Shown here: positions 33,611-38,538 of the stretch, piece after piece | Layout of the letters: each line of letters begins with the position of its first letter | Position numbering within the stretch: position 1 is the first letter of the stretch | Source: Octopus bimaculoides | Lineage: Eukaryota | Length of the DNA: 38,538 nt | NCBI RefSeq assembly: GCF_001194135.2 | Contig: NC_069001.1 | Coordinates: 7,183,480-7,222,017 of the forward strand | Direction: 5' to 3' | Notes under the pieces: generated by a model | Told to the model about the DNA's origin: nothing | The model's database searches: none | Seen by the model: only the letters and a program-made list of their open reading frames with translations | Program-made: the position numbers and the translations under genes

Positions 33611-33934
33611 AGATATATTTATACACATATAGATATATATACACACACACACAATATATATATATATATATATATANNNNNNNNNNNNNNNNNNNNNNNN
33701 NNNNNNNNNNNNNNNNNNNNNNNNNNNNNNNNNNNNNNNNNNNNNNNNNNNNNNNNNNNNNNNNNNNNNNNNNNNNNNNNNNNNNNNNNNNNNNNNNNNN
33801 NNNNNNNNNNNNNNNNNNNNNNNNNNNNNNNNNNNNNNNNNNNNNNNNNNNNNNNNNNNNNNNNNNNNNNNNNNNNNNNNNNNNNNNNNNNNNNNNNNNN
33901 NNNNNNNNNNNNNNNNNNNNNNNNNNNNNNNNNN

Positions 33935-33990
<56 letters not shown>

Positions 33991-34667
33991 TGCTCCAGCC
34001 AGTCAAATGACTGAAACAAGTAAAAGAATACACACACACACACATTTGTGTATGTTGTGCTGTGTTGTATTTGTTCCCGACTACCACTTGTCAACCAGCG
34101 TTGGTTTGTTTACATCCGTTGTAACCTAGTGGACCGGCAAAAAGAGATGGCTGGAACAAGTAACAAAATTGGAATATAAGTAAGGGGGTTCATTTGTTCA
34201 ACTGAAACAAGTAAAAGAGAGACAATATACATGTGCGCATGTGTGTATGATGTATAGATACATTCATTCCCATCGAGTATAATGAAACATGGTGATCACA
34301 GTGTAGTTGGTGATTTTATCAAATATGAAACATTTCAGCTCAACTTTACTGCATGTATTGAGTACTTTCTATTCAACAGTAGATACTTCTGTTTCACTAA
34401 CATATTTTAATTATATGTATATTTACATATTGGTGTGTATGTTTATGTATACATATATATATGTGTTCACCTTGTATTTAGTATATGTTTATTTGTTTAT
34501 TTACTGTACGTTTTTGAAAAATATATATATATATATAGTCCAACCCATGCTAGCATGGAAAGCGGACGTTAAACGACGACGATGATGATGATGATGATGA
34601 TATAGGTATGTCAAATTTTCCATTTGTTGTCTTCTTTTTATTTAATACTGAAAAAAAATTATATATT

Positions 34668-34710
<43 letters not shown>

Positions 34711-34940
34711 TGCATGTTTATTCAGCTGAAACTATAGGCATGTACAGAAATGTTTGTTTTTGCACTTTTGTTCAAATGTGTAAGCATGAACCTTAAATAA
34801 TGGTACAAGAGATACAGCCAAATAAAAAAATAACTATACTTTATATCAGATATTGAGTACTTTTTGCCTTCATTGCAAACAACATATGCTTGCTTGTGTT
34901 TGTGTATAAATATCTGACCATATATGTGTGTATCTGTGCA

Positions 34941-34974
<34 letters not shown>

Positions 34975-35330
34975 TTTTGTGTATAAGTGTGTATATGTGT
35001 GTGTAGACACAACAATGGTTCAAAGCAATTCAAATAATTTTTTATCTTCTATTATGGTCCATTGAGAGAACTTGAAAGAGGTGAATATAAAATATGTTCC
35101 GGTCAATAAGTCAAAAGAACCCTTTTAAATATATAACAATGCCATGAAAGACAATGTTTAAAAAGAGAAGCAATCGATCAAGTGAAAAATGTAATTGATG
35201 TGGTGGTGGTCATCCCAACTCCACCATCTGTCTTTTAAGTAATTATATAGCAGTTTACATTACCAGAATCACCAGTACTGTTGGAAAATATATGTCTACA
35301 TACATGTGTGTGTATACATATATATATATA

Positions 35331-35428
35331 TAGATAAAACTTACTTGGAAAAGGATGCGTGGCGTTCGATCATATATATATATATATAGATAGATAAAAC
35401 TTACTTGGAAAAGGATGCGTGGCGTTCG

Positions 35429-35433
<5 letters not shown>
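35331..35433. repeat. Exact tandem duplication with a 60-nt period inside (TA)n
   Basis: tagataaaacttacttggaaaaggatgcgtggcgttcgatcat occurs at 35331 and 35391. Confidence 0.9.
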
Positions 35434-35492
<59 letters not shown>

Positions 35493-36616
35493 CTGACAAA
35501 CATGACAAACAGATAGACAGAAAAGACAGTGGTACTGGACAGATAGTTAAACCACAGAGTGGTACTGGGTGCTTTTTGCACACTTTCACCAATGCTTTTT
35601 ATGTGACACCATCACCAGTTTTTTTTTATGCGAGATCAGCCCCAGTGCTTTTTATGTGGCATCAGTACCCACACCAAAGCCTTTTACACATGAATATACG
35701 TGTGTCTTTATGCCTCTTTGGCTTGACATCACATGATATTTGTAAATGAGTATCACTGTTATACAAGCAGTGTCATTTATTTTCTAATATTCTTCAATAT
35801 TGTGACAGTCATTTCCAATATTGTGGCCATGGAGTAGTAATATTACCTAACTAGGAAACGAATGAAGGTTTGGTGACAGGAAGAGTATCCAGCCATAGAA
35901 ATATCTACCACAATAAAATACCGTCTGATCCATGCAAACATGGAAAAACTGAACATTAAAATGACGATGATGATGATGATGAGAACCTAGTGAAGTTTGC
36001 TAATACATAGCAGTAAAAACAACACTGATGTCTTGTTGCCATGGCGATGGTTGTGACCGTCTAACTGGTTCAAGTATAGACAGATGATGATGATGATGAT
36101 CATCATCATCATCATCATTACCACCATCATTATCAACGTCACTACAAACGTTATCATCATCACCATCTTTATACTTGATGTGAGTAGCCATAAATTAAAT
36201 AGAATCCTGTTCTTCCAAACCAATTTGATTGCCAGCTCTTCCTGGCAGCAGTTAGTTAAGTGGTATTTCTGAATAGCTTCGAAGTGGAAAGTGTCTGCAG
36301 TTGCAATGTGGATTTTGTTTGAAGAACAATTCCAGGCATTTAGTAACAGGAAATGGTAAAAAAAATAAATGCTTTAACAACAGACTTTGGCAGCTGAAGC
36401 AACAAAACACAAGCTAGATAGAATTTCTACCTAAAACATATTCACCTAGGTGGAGGTGTGGCTGTGACTAAGAAGTTTGCTTTGAAGCTGCATGGCTTCA
36501 GGTTCAGTTCCACTGCACAGCACTACTTTGGGCAAGTGTCTTTTACCAACCAATGCCTTGTGAGTGAATTTGGTAGATGGAAACTGCGTGGAAGCTTATC
36601 ATATACGGATGTATGC

Positions 36617-37007
<391 letters not shown>

Positions 37008-37535
37008 ATATATTCGTGTGTGTACGTGTTTGATTGTAAATACATATATATTTATGTGTGTGAGTGTAAGCATATATTTATATGTGCATGTATGCTTGTC
37101 TGTGAGTGTTTAGAGAAGAGAGACAGATAGACAGAGAGATACATTCAACCTTTTGTTTGTGTTGATATCTGAGTTAGGTAACAAGCTGAAATCTTGAGCA
37201 GAGCAACTACCAGTAATTATTCTGATTGTAAACAGGAGAGGAAACCTCCTGGCAGTAGTGACGAGAAAGTATATGAAGCCTTTATGACAATAAAAGAGAT
37301 GGAAAGCTATAAACAAGGTCTGTCATGAGTCTCTTTCAAAATACATTAAATACTAACAAGCAGAAGATAATGACAGAGACAGCAGAAGGTGGGAGAGCAG
37401 GATCTCAGGGGAAAAAGGAAAGGGGGGGGGGAGAGAAAAAAGTAATGGTTGTTTTTTGTAAGATTAAGAACGTTATCAGCTATTATTCTGAACAAATCAT
37501 GAAGGAAATGTGTGTTTCCTTCTTCTTCATCTACA

Positions 37536-37790
37536 AGAAGAAGAAGAAGAATTAGAAGAAGAAGAATTAGAAGAAGAAGAAGAATTGGAAGAAGAAGAAT
37601 TAGAAGAAGAAGAAGAATTGGAAGAAGAAGAAGAATTGGAAGAAGAAGATGAAGAATTGGAAGAAGAAGAAAAATTGGAAGAAGAAGAAGAATAATAATA
37701 ATAAGAAGAATTGGAAGAATAATAATAATAATAAGAAGAAGAAGAAGAATTGGAAGAAGAAGAATTTGGAGGAAGAAAACGAAGAAGACC
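37536..37790. repeat. Compound (GAA)n repeat punctuated by TTA/TTG, with (AAT)n inserts
   Basis: gaagaagaattRgaagaagaagaa units. Confidence 0.9.
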
Positions 37791-37803
37791 AATAACTACT
37801 ACC

Positions 37804-37834
<31 letters not shown>

Positions 37835-37944
37835 AAACTGACAGCTTGCTAGATTGGATTTATCCAACCCATACCAGTTTGGAAAACAGACGATGGTGAT
37901 GATGATGATGAGGAGGAGGAGGTGAATGGGATTAGAATGCCATA

Positions 37945-38157
37945 TTAACCCTTAAGTATTCAGATGAATTTATCGAATGTAATGCTTATTCATCCACCCC
38001 CATCTGAAAAAAAATGATTAACCATGGAGTAGCTCGTGGCTTTAAGATTATGGTGACATTATAGGATAAGTGTGAGAGGCTGGATCTGGCCAGTTCCAAC
38101 ATGAAGTACGTAGAATATTTGGGCTGGATCTGGCCGGTTTCAATGCTAAACGGTTCT
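37945..38157. mobile_element. TTAA-flanked, piggyBac-like MITE remnant
   Basis: Left end ttaacccttaagtattcag, right end aatgctaaacggtt. Related fragments at about 10699-10810, 19385-19470 (reverse) and 25480-25592. Confidence 0.5.
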
Positions 38158-38212
38158 TGTATTCTTTTACTTACTTCAGTCGCTTGATACTACAAAATTT
38201 GACACAAGATCA

Positions 38213-38512
38213 GTAGTTTTGAGGGGAGGGGTGTCTGAATTTTGGCACAAGGTCAGCATTTTAGAGGGGAGGGGGGTCTTTGAATGTTGGCACAAAGCCA
38301 GCAGTTTTGAGGGGAGGGGTGTCTTTGAAGTTTGGTACACAGCCAGCAGTTTTGAGGGGAGTGGTCTTTGAATTATGGCACAAGGTCAGCATTTTAGAGG
38401 GGAGGGGGGGTCTTTGAATGTTGGCACAAAGCCAGCAGTTTGAGGGGAGTGGTCTTTGAATTTTGGCATAAGGTTGGCAGTTTTGAGGAGAAGGGTCTTT
38501 GAATTTTGGCAA
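38213..38512. repeat. G-rich ~43-bp tandem repeat, about 7 copies
   Basis: ttttgaggggaggggtgtctttgaatKttggcacaaRgYcagca units. Confidence 0.9.
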
Positions 38513-38538
38513 TTCTAGCAAGAGAGAAGGTGGGGGTT

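Noticed and set aside
37197-37327. Plus-strand open stretch SRATTSNYSDCKQERKPPGSSDEKVYEAFMTIKEMESYKQGLS
   Set aside because: It is short, lacks a supporting start or splice structure, and has no recognisable domain.

Overview
Eukaryotic, AT-rich, microsatellite- and SINE-dense animal DNA with seven N gaps. The repeat families look like those of octopod cephalopods; this is recognition and inference, not a database result. The window is dominated by one minus-strand, multi-exon Ras GTPase-activating protein gene of the SYNGAP1/DAB2IP/RASAL2 (Drosophila raskol, C. elegans gap-2) family. I could read 13 coding exons with consistent splice phases from 26611 down to 4790. They encode part of the PH domain, the C2 domain, the RasGAP domain (arginine finger FRGNS; [12 protein letters not shown]) and a 526-codon Ser/Thr-rich exon. 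One expected PH-C2 linker exon is not visible and probably lies in the gap at 17532-18046. The intron at 6368-7056 has a GC donor. A candidate 33-nt microexon lies at 2002-2034. The N-terminal exons and the C-terminal coiled-coil exons were not identified. The introns hold several tRNA-derived SINE families (nested, tandem and inverted copies), an RTE-LINE 3' remnant with a tandem triplication, a deleted DD37D (maT) Tc1/mariner element, MITE- and Helentron-like elements, minisatellites and long hairpins. There are no prokaryotic features such as CRISPR arrays or operons. I found no clearly novel biological system. The best leads are RNA-level: inverted repeats flanking exons, hairpins, microexon candidates and a degenerate hammerhead motif.
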